In this document: piece by piece, positions 50,136 through 58,867 of the stretch
Numbering within the stretch: the first letter of the stretch is position 1
Layout: the number at the start of each line of letters is the position of its first letter
Assembly: GCA_041571435.1 (NCBI GenBank)
Contig: JBFFUI010000002.1
Span: 64,001-128,000, forward strand
Length of the DNA stretch: 64,000 nucleotides
From: Sulfurimonadaceae bacterium
Lineage (GTDB): Bacteria; Campylobacterota; Campylobacteria; Campylobacterales; Sulfurimonadaceae
Direction of reading: 5' to 3'
Program-made: the position numbers and the translations under genes
Notes under the pieces: generated by a model
Told to the model about the DNA's origin: nothing
The model's input: the letters and a program-made list of their open reading frames with translations, nothing else
Databases searched by the model: none

Positions 50136-52211
50136 CTATCTCAAATACGACTGAATCTCTTTTTTGACACGTTCAAGCTCCGGCTGGTATTGGTTCATCA
50201 ACGCCATAAGATCTTTTGCCTTGCCTTTCGATATGGTGGCATGGATTTTAGCTGTGATACTGGAGAGCTTGAGCGCGCCGATATTGGCAGCAACCCCTTT
50301 AACATCCAGACAGAGCTGTCGAAGCGCTTGCAGATCATCTTTGACCAACATACCGTTCATCTTTATAGACGATTCGCTGTAAAGAGTTGCAAACTCCCGT
50401 AAAATGTCAAGATAGAGCTCTTCATCAAAACTTGCCATCTCAAAACCATCGCGGGCAGCAAGGGAGACCGTATTGAAAAACGCTCTGCTCGGAAAGTACT
50501 GCTTCTTGTCGCCGAGCAGATCATCTTTGCTCAAGTAGTAATTAAAAAGTGTCAGCAGCGTGGAAGGCTGTATCGGATTGGAGGTGACCTGATCAGCAGC
50601 AGAGCTCTCATCAGCCACGCCCTCTTTTGACATAACGATTATCGGAACACCTTTATAACGGTTTAGATTACGGATTTTCTGCGAAAAACGCTGCGTATCC
50701 TTTCTGTCAATCTCATCGCTTAAGAGAATAATGTCAAACACCGGCATCTTCGAAAACATCCACATGCTCTCTTGCGCATTTTGGGCCAGCGTAAGATTGA
50801 CACCCGATCGCCGTAATTGAGAAAAGAGCACCTGCTGATTGGCACGATCGTTTTCGATAACCAGGATACGCCTGCCGCAGAACTCTTCAAACAGGTTCTT
50901 TTCCTCGCTCTTGACCGTTGGTTCACCACGCTGTTCAGATGCCTCGGCACTCTCTCCTGTCTCTTTCTTCTCTTCGAGTGTAATGATCGAGTTAAAGATA
51001 TTGTCTATGGTTACCGGTTTGATCAGAAGATGATCAACCGCGCCTACTGGAAGCTGGTAGCCGACGGCATCTTTGGCATGCAGGAGTGCCACGACATTGA
51101 CCTTTTCTGCTCTTTTAATGGCCCGTATCTTCTCGACAGCAGAAAGTCCTAATGCATTTTTATCGATGACAACCGTATGAAATTGCGTGATGACCTTAGG
51201 ATTTGTAGCAAATTCGGATGAGCGAAGCAGTGTTACATCGTTTTTGAAATATTCATACATGCTCTGAATAGACTGTGCCAACATCCTGTTCTCGCTGACA
51301 ATCAATATCTTATGGCCTGTCATATCGCGTGACGGGAGCCGGTACAGCCGTTTATTGTCAGGATCTGATTCTTTCAAAACGATCTCTATGCGGAATTCGT
51401 TTCTGCCAGCTTCATCTATATCCAAAGTGATATCACCATGCATCATTCGCGACAGCTCTCTGGCTATGTAAAACTCAATCTGTGTGCTTTCATCGTAGTC
51501 ACCGTCAGCAAAAGGGACAAAAAGAGTGTCTGGACCGCCTGAACTGCTGTTCATATTGCAACCCTGTACCCTGAACTGTACTTTTAAGCCCCGATCCACT
51601 TTTGTACTTTCAGCATGCAGCACGACCTGTGTCTCTGACTGATGATGAATGACATTGGACAGAACATTAAAAAGCAGCAAACGGATATGGCGTTTATCGC
51701 CGATCAGTTTTGGCGGAAGCCTCGGATCAATATCGAAGATTAGTTCAACTTTCGTACGGGCGGTCTGGGAACGAAGGCTTTTTGCCAGATCGCCCAGCAT
51801 GTCATTAAGGGTAAAAGGTATCTCGTTAAGTTTTATCTTCCCCGATTTCATCTTCAGAAAATCGACAAAATCCGCACTTAACTCAACAAAATTTTGCTCA
51901 GCCGCCTGTGCTTTATCGTCCTCTTTGAGAAGGTAATTTTCCAGTTCCTTTTGCAGTAGCGTACTATTGGAACCCGCTTTAACATCGGGTGCGTTATCTT
52001 CACTTTTAGAATCTTCCGGCACAATTGTACTGTTTGCCTGAAGACTGGCTCTATCAAGTTCTGTCTCTGCCAAAACAATATTCAGCCGTTTGATCTCACG
52101 ACTGTGTTCTTGGTTGATAATATAAAAGTACCCTGTCAAAAATATGAACAGTGTTAATATAAAAGCATAGATGAGTTCAAGTGTATCTAGCTGCAGATAC
52201 TCTTCTAACAT
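50136..52211 (-). CDS. Degenerate hybrid kinase-like protein (TM, HATPase-like, two REC-like, Hpt-like)
   Basis: LIFDIDPRLP..LIGD, NVLSN N-box; no H-box or G-boxes; REC2 Asp replaced by S; Hpt CLDVKGVAANIGA lacks His. Confidence 0.8.
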   Translation of the reverse strand: MLEEYLQLDTLELIYAFILTLFIFLTGYFYIINQEHSREIKRLNIVLAETELDRASLQANSTIVPEDSKSEDNAPDVKAGSNSTLLQKELENYLLKEDDKAQAAEQNFVELSADFVDFLKMKSGKIKLNEIPFTLNDMLGDLAKSLRSQTARTKVELIFDIDPRLPPKLIGDKRHIRLLLFNVLSNVIHHQSETQVVLHAESTKVDRGLKVQFRVQGCNMNSSSGGPDTLFVPFADGDYDESTQIEFYIARELSRMMHGDITLDIDEAGRNEFRIEIVLKESDPDNKRLYRLPSRDMTGHKILIVSENRMLAQSIQSMYEYFKNDVTLLRSSEFATNPKVITQFHTVVIDKNALGLSAVEKIRAIKRAEKVNVVALLHAKDAVGYQLPVGAVDHLLIKPVTIDNIFNSIITLEEKKETGESAEASEQRGEPTVKSEEKNLFEEFCGRRILVIENDRANQQVLFSQLRRSGVNLTLAQNAQESMWMFSKMPVFDIILLSDEIDRKDTQRFSQKIRNLNRYKGVPIIVMSKEGVADESSAADQVTSNPIQPSTLLTLFNYYLSKDDLLGDKKQYFPSRAFFNTVSLAARDGFEMASFDEELYLDILREFATLYSESSIKMNGMLVKDDLQALRQLCLDVKGVAANIGALKLSSITAKIHATISKGKAKDLMALMNQYQPELERVKKEIQSYLR

Positions 52212-52243
52212 CTTAAATACCGATGTGATTTCATTAAAACAGC

Positions 52244-53512
52244 CTATTTCTCTTGGTATAGTGACACTAGAAGGTCAAAGACTTTTTGGACCGTTACAGG
52301 TTTTGATATCTCGCCGTCGAGCAGCGCTATAGTCTTCTCGTCACTGTGTTCGAACATTTCGTTTTTGTTCAGAGAGACCGCTTTGATCACCCGTGTGGAT
52401 TTGATTGCTTCTATCTTGGCGATAAGGTGTTTTGAGAAGTAGCGTTCTTGAAGGACAACAATATCATAGTCGTCCAGCATCTCCAGTGCCGAAAAGAGCT
52501 CTTTTGATGACAGTATCTCCACCTCATTCTTGAAATATTCAAACATCTTTTGTATCGCCAAGGCTGAAGCATTGTGATCGTCTACGATCAGAACCGAGTG
52601 GCCTGTCATCGTTTTTGACGGGAGTCGATAGTGGCGCATTTCGCTTGGGTTGGGCATAAAGAGTTTGACCGTAAGCATTAAGGCACTGTCGTTTTCACCC
52701 ACAGGCTCAAATGTCAGATCACCGTTCATCAGAGTGGCATACTCTTTTGCCAGGTAGAGTTCAAGACCTGTCGGTGTCGTTCCTTCTACAAAAGGGGTAA
52801 AGATATCGAACTTGTCTTCTTGGTAGTTGTCTCTGGCATAGGGAATATCGAACTCAAGATGGAGTGCACCGTCACCCAGGTTCAACCGTTTTATCTTGAC
52901 CTCTACAAGGTAGGAGCTGCTCTTTAAAACGACATTTCGTACGATGTAAAAAAGCGCATCGCCCATACGTTCTGCATCACCGATAAGCTGTGAAGGGACA
53001 TTCGCGTTAATATCGAAGATGATCTCAAAATTACGGTCGTCGATCGCATGCACTTTTGTCATCACGGCATCCAAGACCGTGTTAAAATCAAAGGAACCTG
53101 TTTTGATCTCTACTTTTCCCATATTGAGTTCGACATAACGTCTGTAAAGAGAGGCGAAACCCTCCCTTTTTTCATGAGGGACTTTACGCTCGTTAAAAAG
53201 GCTTTCCAATGCAACATCCACCGGATCTCTCACCACCTCTTCCTTGTCTTCATCTTGAGGCAATGGTTTCTTTTTCTTTTTTTCCGGTTTCGTCTCTTCT
53301 TCAACAGGAATTGTTCGGCGTCTCTCGACTTTTGGGGCAAGGGTTCTCAATTGGCGCCGTATCAAAGGCATTATGATCAAAATCAAAATGACAACACCAA
53401 TGATCTTCAAAATAAAAAGGTTCTCTTCGACACGTTGGTCTTGCAATGTTTGCTGGGCTGCGAACAGTGCAGATGACAAAAATAAAGCGTAAAACAAAAG
53501 AAAAAACTTCAT
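52244..53512 (-). CDS. Degenerate hybrid kinase-like protein (signal/TM, HATPase-like, REC-like)
   Basis: IIFDINANVPSQLIGD, TGLELY in place of GLGL, no H-box; REC VDD..IVVLQE..KP (Asp replaced by Q). Confidence 0.8.
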   Translation of the reverse strand: MKFFLLFYALFLSSALFAAQQTLQDQRVEENLFILKIIGVVILILIIMPLIRRQLRTLAPKVERRRTIPVEEETKPEKKKKKPLPQDEDKEEVVRDPVDVALESLFNERKVPHEKREGFASLYRRYVELNMGKVEIKTGSFDFNTVLDAVMTKVHAIDDRNFEIIFDINANVPSQLIGDAERMGDALFYIVRNVVLKSSSYLVEVKIKRLNLGDGALHLEFDIPYARDNYQEDKFDIFTPFVEGTTPTGLELYLAKEYATLMNGDLTFEPVGENDSALMLTVKLFMPNPSEMRHYRLPSKTMTGHSVLIVDDHNASALAIQKMFEYFKNEVEILSSKELFSALEMLDDYDIVVLQERYFSKHLIAKIEAIKSTRVIKAVSLNKNEMFEHSDEKTIALLDGEISKPVTVQKVFDLLVSLYQEK

Positions 53513-53684
53513 GACTCACTTTCGTAACAGGAAGATCTCAAAAGAGCGTCTACAGCGCTCAAAGAGTGTCTTGAAATATTGGGATTTGCAAAAACCCATT
53601 TTTAATCATCAATCTTAACATACTCTTTTTTCATGTAACTTAAGAAGCGTCCGAAAATCCCGATACTGCTTTTATCTGTGTCGT

Positions 53685-54608
53685 TTATGAAGAGTAGTGT
53701 GCAAAGATCTTCGGTTCATCTGCTATAAAAGTCTTGCCGAGAAGTTCGACTTTACGGGCATGCAGCATGACCCGTTTTGCACGTCTGCCGCCGTACTGTT
53801 CATCACCGGAGATAGGGAACCCGATAGAACGCAGATGACAGCGGATCTGGTGTGTTCGTCCCTCACGAATGATGATTTTAACCTTTGAATATTTCCCCAC
53901 TACTTCCAGTGGAATAACCGTTGTATGCGCTGGTTTACCCTTGGGAGAGATCTTTGAAAAGGCTTTGTTGTGACGTTTTTCGGTCAAGATCGGCTTGTCG
54001 ATCTCGGTCTCGTCAATAAACATACCCTCGACCCATGCGGTGTACTCTTTGTAGACTCTATTACGTTTAAACTCGCCGATCGCTTTGAGACGGTACTCTT
54101 CGTTTTTGACCAGGATAAGCACGCCGCTCGTCTCACGATCCAAACGGTGAAGCAGCTGTGTGCCGGGATATTGACGTTCGACTTCGTCCGCATTTAAAAA
54201 AGCCGGTTTGTCAACGGCAAGAAGATCCTCATCTTCATAGATCACCTTGGCCGTTGCGACCTCCTGGATATTGAAGGTTGTCTTCACTGGAAGCTCACCG
54301 CGAGCAACCGTGACCTTACGGTTCGCAACGTAGACCAATCCCCGGTCGATCAGGGCTTTTGCCTGCGAGTTGGAGATCGACTCCTGAAGGGCTAAAAGTT
54401 TATAGGCCTTCTCCATATGCTCACTGCTTTTTGCAGCGCCTTCTGCCATATACTCGTCACCCGCTGAAGCACTGCTCTTCTTGTCTGTTCTTTTGGGGCG
54501 TTTTGCGTCAGCCTTGGCAAACGCCTTAGCTCTAACCTTCGCTTTTGACTCGTCTTTTCTGTTTTTTGCACGCTGGTCAGAAGCTCTCTTTTTCTTGCTG
54601 TAATCCAT
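53685..54608 (-). CDS. RluA/RluD-family pseudouridine synthase
   Basis: S4-like domain, VDKP, HRLDRETSG, GRTHQIR.H, GD..YG, LHA; basic N-terminal extension. Confidence 0.95.
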   Translation of the reverse strand: MDYSKKKRASDQRAKNRKDESKAKVRAKAFAKADAKRPKRTDKKSSASAGDEYMAEGAAKSSEHMEKAYKLLALQESISNSQAKALIDRGLVYVANRKVTVARGELPVKTTFNIQEVATAKVIYEDEDLLAVDKPAFLNADEVERQYPGTQLLHRLDRETSGVLILVKNEEYRLKAIGEFKRNRVYKEYTAWVEGMFIDETEIDKPILTEKRHNKAFSKISPKGKPAHTTVIPLEVVGKYSKVKIIIREGRTHQIRCHLRSIGFPISGDEQYGGRRAKRVMLHARKVELLGKTFIADEPKIFAHYSS

Positions 54609-54631
54609 AATCTACCTTTTTACACTCGTTA

Positions 54632-55795
54632 TTAATAATTGTTTAAATATCTAATTATACTCTCTAAATCGATCTTTTCATCGACATAGGATCGTTCCAT
54701 ACTCTCCGCCTTTTTCAGCGCATCCAGTATACCGCTCTTTTCAACCTCTTGTACATTATGGACATACTTGAACAGCTCCTGCTGCATATAAGCATGTCTG
54801 CCTGTAATGATCTTACAGCCAAAATGCGCCGGTTCCAGCGGGTTGTGCCCGCCTACATCCTCTTTAAAGGCACCGCCTATTATGGCGACATCACTGATGG
54901 CATAGATGTTATTAAGCTCGCCCATCGCATCGACCAGCGTAATATCTGCATCAAAGCTGCTCGCTTCACTCCATCTTGACAGTGTGAGATCCTTGCCTTT
55001 CATTTTCTCCAGAAGCGTGTAGACGCTCTCAAACCGCTCCGGGTGCCTTGGCACAACGACAAGCTTGGCATCATGCAGTTTCACATACTCCAGATAAGCC
55101 TTGAGAATAGGCTCTTCCTCCCCATCATGCGTACTTGCCGCCACGATCATCTCGCCCTGCGGCTTGAGGTACATTTTAGGCGCTACGATTTTTTGTGCCA
55201 GCTTGATATTGCCGACCACCTCGATATTCTCTGCACCCAGGGCTTCAAAACGCGCTTTGTCCGCTTCACTCTGGCAGAAGATCTTATCGACCCGTCTGAA
55301 CATCCGCGCATAGAGCCAACGCAGACGCATGTATTTTGGAAAACTGCGCTCGGTCATACGGGCATTGAGCAAGACGACTTTCGCTCCTTTGGCACGGGCT
55401 ACCGCAAAAAGCAGATACCAAAACTCCGCCTCGAGCACCACCAGAATGTTATGTTTTCCGATCCAAAAGGGCAACAGTGACTCAAAAGGAAGATAACGTA
55501 CCTCGGCCGAATACTTGGAGGCTTCAGCATGCCCGGTATGCGTGATCGTCGAGATCGATACCGCTCTCTTTTGTAACTTTTCCAACAGCGGTTTCAACGC
55601 TCTCGCCTCTCCCAAAGAACAGACATGGAACCAGATATCATCTTCTCTGAAACGCGGATTCTTTCTCAGGAAAAAACGTGCCGGAATAGACTCTCTGTAT
55701 TTTTTTTTGAACGATAAAAGAAGTAAAAATGGAGTGGCAACAAGATGAAGTGTTGCCGCCAAAAGAAAGTAAAGAAGGGTAAATGGTCTTATCAT
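54632..55795 (-). CDS. waaA: Kdo transferase
   Basis: WFHVCSLGE, E.EFW, NAR...RS, GNIK, ASTHDGEE, PRHPERF, GGHNPLEPA. Confidence 0.96.
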   Translation of the reverse strand: MIRPFTLLYFLLAATLHLVATPFLLLLSFKKKYRESIPARFFLRKNPRFREDDIWFHVCSLGEARALKPLLEKLQKRAVSISTITHTGHAEASKYSAEVRYLPFESLLPFWIGKHNILVVLEAEFWYLLFAVARAKGAKVVLLNARMTERSFPKYMRLRWLYARMFRRVDKIFCQSEADKARFEALGAENIEVVGNIKLAQKIVAPKMYLKPQGEMIVAASTHDGEEEPILKAYLEYVKLHDAKLVVVPRHPERFESVYTLLEKMKGKDLTLSRWSEASSFDADITLVDAMGELNNIYAISDVAIIGGAFKEDVGGHNPLEPAHFGCKIITGRHAYMQQELFKYVHNVQEVEKSGILDALKKAESMERSYVDEKIDLESIIRYLNNY

Positions 55796-55822
55796 ACGCA
55801 CACCTCCTTGACTGAAGTGTGC

Positions 55823-56548
55823 TTACGCTTCAGCTGCCTCTGTTGAAGGTTCGATGTAAAGGATACGGCCGCAGTGCGGGCAGTTAGTGATCTCTTCGCC
55901 TTTGATCACTTCTGCATAGACTTTATCATTGATGACCATGTAACATCCCATACATGCCTGGTTTTTAACCTCGACAGCGGTTGTGTTTTTAGCCCAACGA
56001 CGGATCTTCTGATAGAAAGAGAGACCTTTTTGGTTCATCTGAGATACCAGTTTCTCTTTTGCTTCGAACACTTTCTGGCGTTCAATGTTGATCTCTGCAA
56101 GTTTGGCATCAACCTCTTCTTTAACCGTGGTGAGGTTTGCATCGATCTCTTCCATCTGCCCTTGAAGTTCAGCGATCTTCTCTTGCTTGTTCTCGATCAC
56201 TTTTTCCAAACGCTCGATCTCTTCATTGGCAAAAGCGACCTGCTCTTTAGCGATCTCTTCTTCAAGTTGAAGTGACTTCATCTCACGTTCTGTCTTGACA
56301 TCACCGCTTTTTTTGCTGTTCTCTTCAAGTTTAGCAGAGAGTTCGGCGATATGAAGCTCATTTTTCTGTTTTTTGACCTGCTCAGCTTTTGACTCTTCCT
56401 CAAGCGTTGCGATCTCAGACGCTAAATTCTCTTTTTTAGCCAGTGCAGCTTCGTACTTGATATTGGCTTCTTCGATCTGTGGTTCAAAGGCATCGATCTC
56501 TTTGTCGACTTTTGATAGTTCGATGAGTTGTTCTAGGTGCTTGTTCAA
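55823..56548 (-). CDS. HP0958/CT398-family coiled-coil zinc-ribbon protein
   Basis: Long coiled coil then CMGC...CPHCGRILY. Confidence 0.9.
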   Translation of the reverse strand: MNKHLEQLIELSKVDKEIDAFEPQIEEANIKYEAALAKKENLASEIATLEEESKAEQVKKQKNELHIAELSAKLEENSKKSGDVKTEREMKSLQLEEEIAKEQVAFANEEIERLEKVIENKQEKIAELQGQMEEIDANLTTVKEEVDAKLAEINIERQKVFEAKEKLVSQMNQKGLSFYQKIRRWAKNTTAVEVKNQACMGCYMVINDKVYAEVIKGEEITNCPHCGRILYIEPSTEAAEA

Positions 56549-56633
56549 TCTTTTTCCTTAAAATAGCGCAGTTGGTGCGTACATCCCACTGCAAAAAAGT
56601 GGTAAGAAGCCCCGTTTGTCGGGAATTTCTTAT

Positions 56634-57359
56634 CTACAAATAAGTAAATGGGTTTTTTGATGATGAAATTATAACCGTTAATCCTAAATTTTTCAAATCT
56701 TCAGCCAATATCTCGCCAAAAAAGCGTTCACTCTCAAAGTGGCCGATATCGATCATGTTGAGTCCGAGTACCTTGGCTTCCATCGCATCATGGTACTTGA
56801 TATCCCCCGTCAGGAAAAGATCGGCCTCTACCTCACCGATCATCGAAGCACCCGAGCCGGTGCACAAGGCCACGCGCCTGATCATTCTGTCATGCGCGAC
56901 GACACTTTTGACATGTGTCAGACCAAAGGCTTCTGCCACCTCTGCACTAAAGGCTTCAAAGCTTTTTTCGACCTCAAAATAGAGCAGATACTCCTCCCTA
57001 CTCTGCACTGTTTTACCCAGAACCTTCTCAGCTACATAGGCATTAAGATGGGTCAAGTCGAAATTGGTATGCATGGCAATGTTGGCGATCTTCTTCTCGA
57101 CCATTCTGGCCAGCAGCTTACTGGGATAGGTTGCGAAGTCCATCGACTTGATCCCGCTGAAGATAAGGGGATGGTGTGTGATGATCAGCGTCCCCTCTTC
57201 AACACTCTCTATAAGCTCTTCATCAACATCGATGCTCAATACAACAGTGGAGATCTCCTGTTCATAAGAGCCGAGGATCAGACCGGAGTTGTCCCATGAC
57301 GCCTGCATCTCAAAAGGCGAAAGCGTGTTTAAGAGCCTGTAAATTTCTTCCAATCTCAT
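56634..57359 (-). CDS. Nif3/YbgI-family dinuclear metal protein
   Basis: WDNSGL, THHPLIF, HTNFD, GSGA, TGDIKYH, GHFESE. Confidence 0.95.
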   Translation of the reverse strand: MRLEEIYRLLNTLSPFEMQASWDNSGLILGSYEQEISTVVLSIDVDEELIESVEEGTLIITHHPLIFSGIKSMDFATYPSKLLARMVEKKIANIAMHTNFDLTHLNAYVAEKVLGKTVQSREEYLLYFEVEKSFEAFSAEVAEAFGLTHVKSVVAHDRMIRRVALCTGSGASMIGEVEADLFLTGDIKYHDAMEAKVLGLNMIDIGHFESERFFGEILAEDLKNLGLTVIISSSKNPFTYL

Positions 57360-58102
57360 TCATAACTCCTTTTTCGTTTCACCCGCACCTGTACCCCGCT
57401 GTTGGGCATCAGGGGATCGACATCCCTGAACTCGAACAGTTTGCTCTCTTCCAGAAGTTCGCGCAGTTTTTTGAAGCCGTAGTTTCTTGGATCGAACTCC
57501 GGGGACTTGTTAAGCACGTTCTGTCCGACCGAGCCGAGGTGCGACCAGCCTGCTTCATCCGCCGTGTCATCAACGGCGTGACGCAGCGTGTTCAAAATGC
57601 GGAGATCCGGTTTTTGTGTTTTTTGTACCGGTTTTTTCAATTTCGGCTCATTAGTGCCGACACTTTTACGCAGTATCTCTGTATAGATAAACTTGTCACA
57701 GGCACTCATGAAAGCTTTCGGTGTCTTTTTCTCTCCAAAACCGTAAACCTTCAAACCAGCCTCACGGATCCGGCTTGCAAGCCGTGTAAAGTCGCTGTCG
57801 CTCGAGACGATGCAAAAGCCGTCAAGTTTTTCGCTGTAGAGCAGGTCCATCGCATCGATGATCAGTGCCGAATCCGTCGCATTTTTACCGGTCGTATAGG
57901 CGAACTGCTGAACCGGGTTGATACCGTGTTCAAGCAGCGCACTTTTCCACCCCTTTAAGCGGCCGTCGGTCCAATCTCCGTAGATCCGTTTCACACTCGA
58001 AACACCATACTGGGCGATCTCGTCCAGCAGCCCTTCGATAATGGATGATTGGGCATTGTCCGCATCGATCAAAACGGCTAAACGTGCCTGATTATCTGGC
58101 AT
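57356..58102 (-). CDS. NYN (PIN-fold) nuclease with a C-terminal OST-HTH/LOTUS domain
   Basis: LIDADN, RIYGDW, GKNATD..L.IDAMD, VSSDSDF, ACDKF; LOTUS-like GW..LG.VG...PEFDPRNYGFKKL. Confidence 0.92.
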   Translation of the reverse strand: MPDNQARLAVLIDADNAQSSIIEGLLDEIAQYGVSSVKRIYGDWTDGRLKGWKSALLEHGINPVQQFAYTTGKNATDSALIIDAMDLLYSEKLDGFCIVSSDSDFTRLASRIREAGLKVYGFGEKKTPKAFMSACDKFIYTEILRKSVGTNEPKLKKPVQKTQKPDLRILNTLRHAVDDTADEAGWSHLGSVGQNVLNKSPEFDPRNYGFKKLRELLEESKLFEFRDVDPLMPNSGVQVRVKRKRSYE

Positions 58103-58670
58103 TAAGCTTCTCCAGCTCTTCTTTGGCTGCCTCAAGATCCGGCTCGATCTGCAACGCTTTTTCGTACATCATCTTCGCCTCTGCAATACGCTTCATCTCG
58201 ACCAGAAGGTTGGCGTAGTTGAAGTAGGTCACCTCATAATCGGGATCGAGCTCAATGGCACGCTTGTAATGTTCTTGCGCTTCATCAAAGCGTCCCATCG
58301 CTTTTAACTGGGAGGCGATCGCGAGGTGCGTCACATCTTCTTCTTTAAGTGAGAGCGAATGGTTGTAGAGTTTCAGTGCCTCTTCATTGTTGCCCATGGC
58401 ACTCAACACAAAGCCCAACCGGTTGGCAAGCTCCGGGATGTCGCTATTGTAATTGTGGGCTTTTTGAAGCAGCTCTCTGGCTTCCAACAGACGTCCTTCA
58501 TCATAAGCTCTGTCGGCCTCTTCGACCAACGTGTCGATATTGACACGCTCTTCTAACGCTTCGTGCGCATCCTCGCTGCCTTCAGGGTCCTGCAAGCCCT
58601 GCATGTGTTCATAGATCTTAAAGGCAAAAAATGCCGATGCTGCCAGTAAGATAATCTGCATTATAGTCAT
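58092..58670 (-). CDS. Membrane-anchored TPR protein
   Basis: From ATG 58670 (RBS AAGGA): N-terminal TM, about 4 TPRs (A..HYKRAIELDPD, YEKALQIEPD). Confidence 0.88.
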   Translation of the reverse strand: MTIMQIILLAASAFFAFKIYEHMQGLQDPEGSEDAHEALEERVNIDTLVEEADRAYDEGRLLEARELLQKAHNYNSDIPELANRLGFVLSAMGNNEEALKLYNHSLSLKEEDVTHLAIASQLKAMGRFDEAQEHYKRAIELDPDYEVTYFNYANLLVEMKRIAEAKMMYEKALQIEPDLEAAKEELEKLNAR

Positions 58671-58867
58671 TGATATTCCTTTTGATATAAAAGTATACAA
58701 AGCCGAGGCTAAATCGAAGGTCACCCCAAAACAACAAAACAAATATAACATTTTAAAAGATTAAAACATTAACAATTTATTCTAAATTCACCTATATGGG
58801 TGATGACTTTTCATGAAAATTGCTCTATAATGTTTTTCAAAAATGTAGAATACTTTTTTAAAAGGAA

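Noticed and set aside
53516-53599. 27-aa minus-strand ORF (MGFCKSQYFKTLFERCRRSFEIFLLRK) upstream of the pseudokinases
   Set aside because: No RBS or motif; indistinguishable from chance without conservation data.
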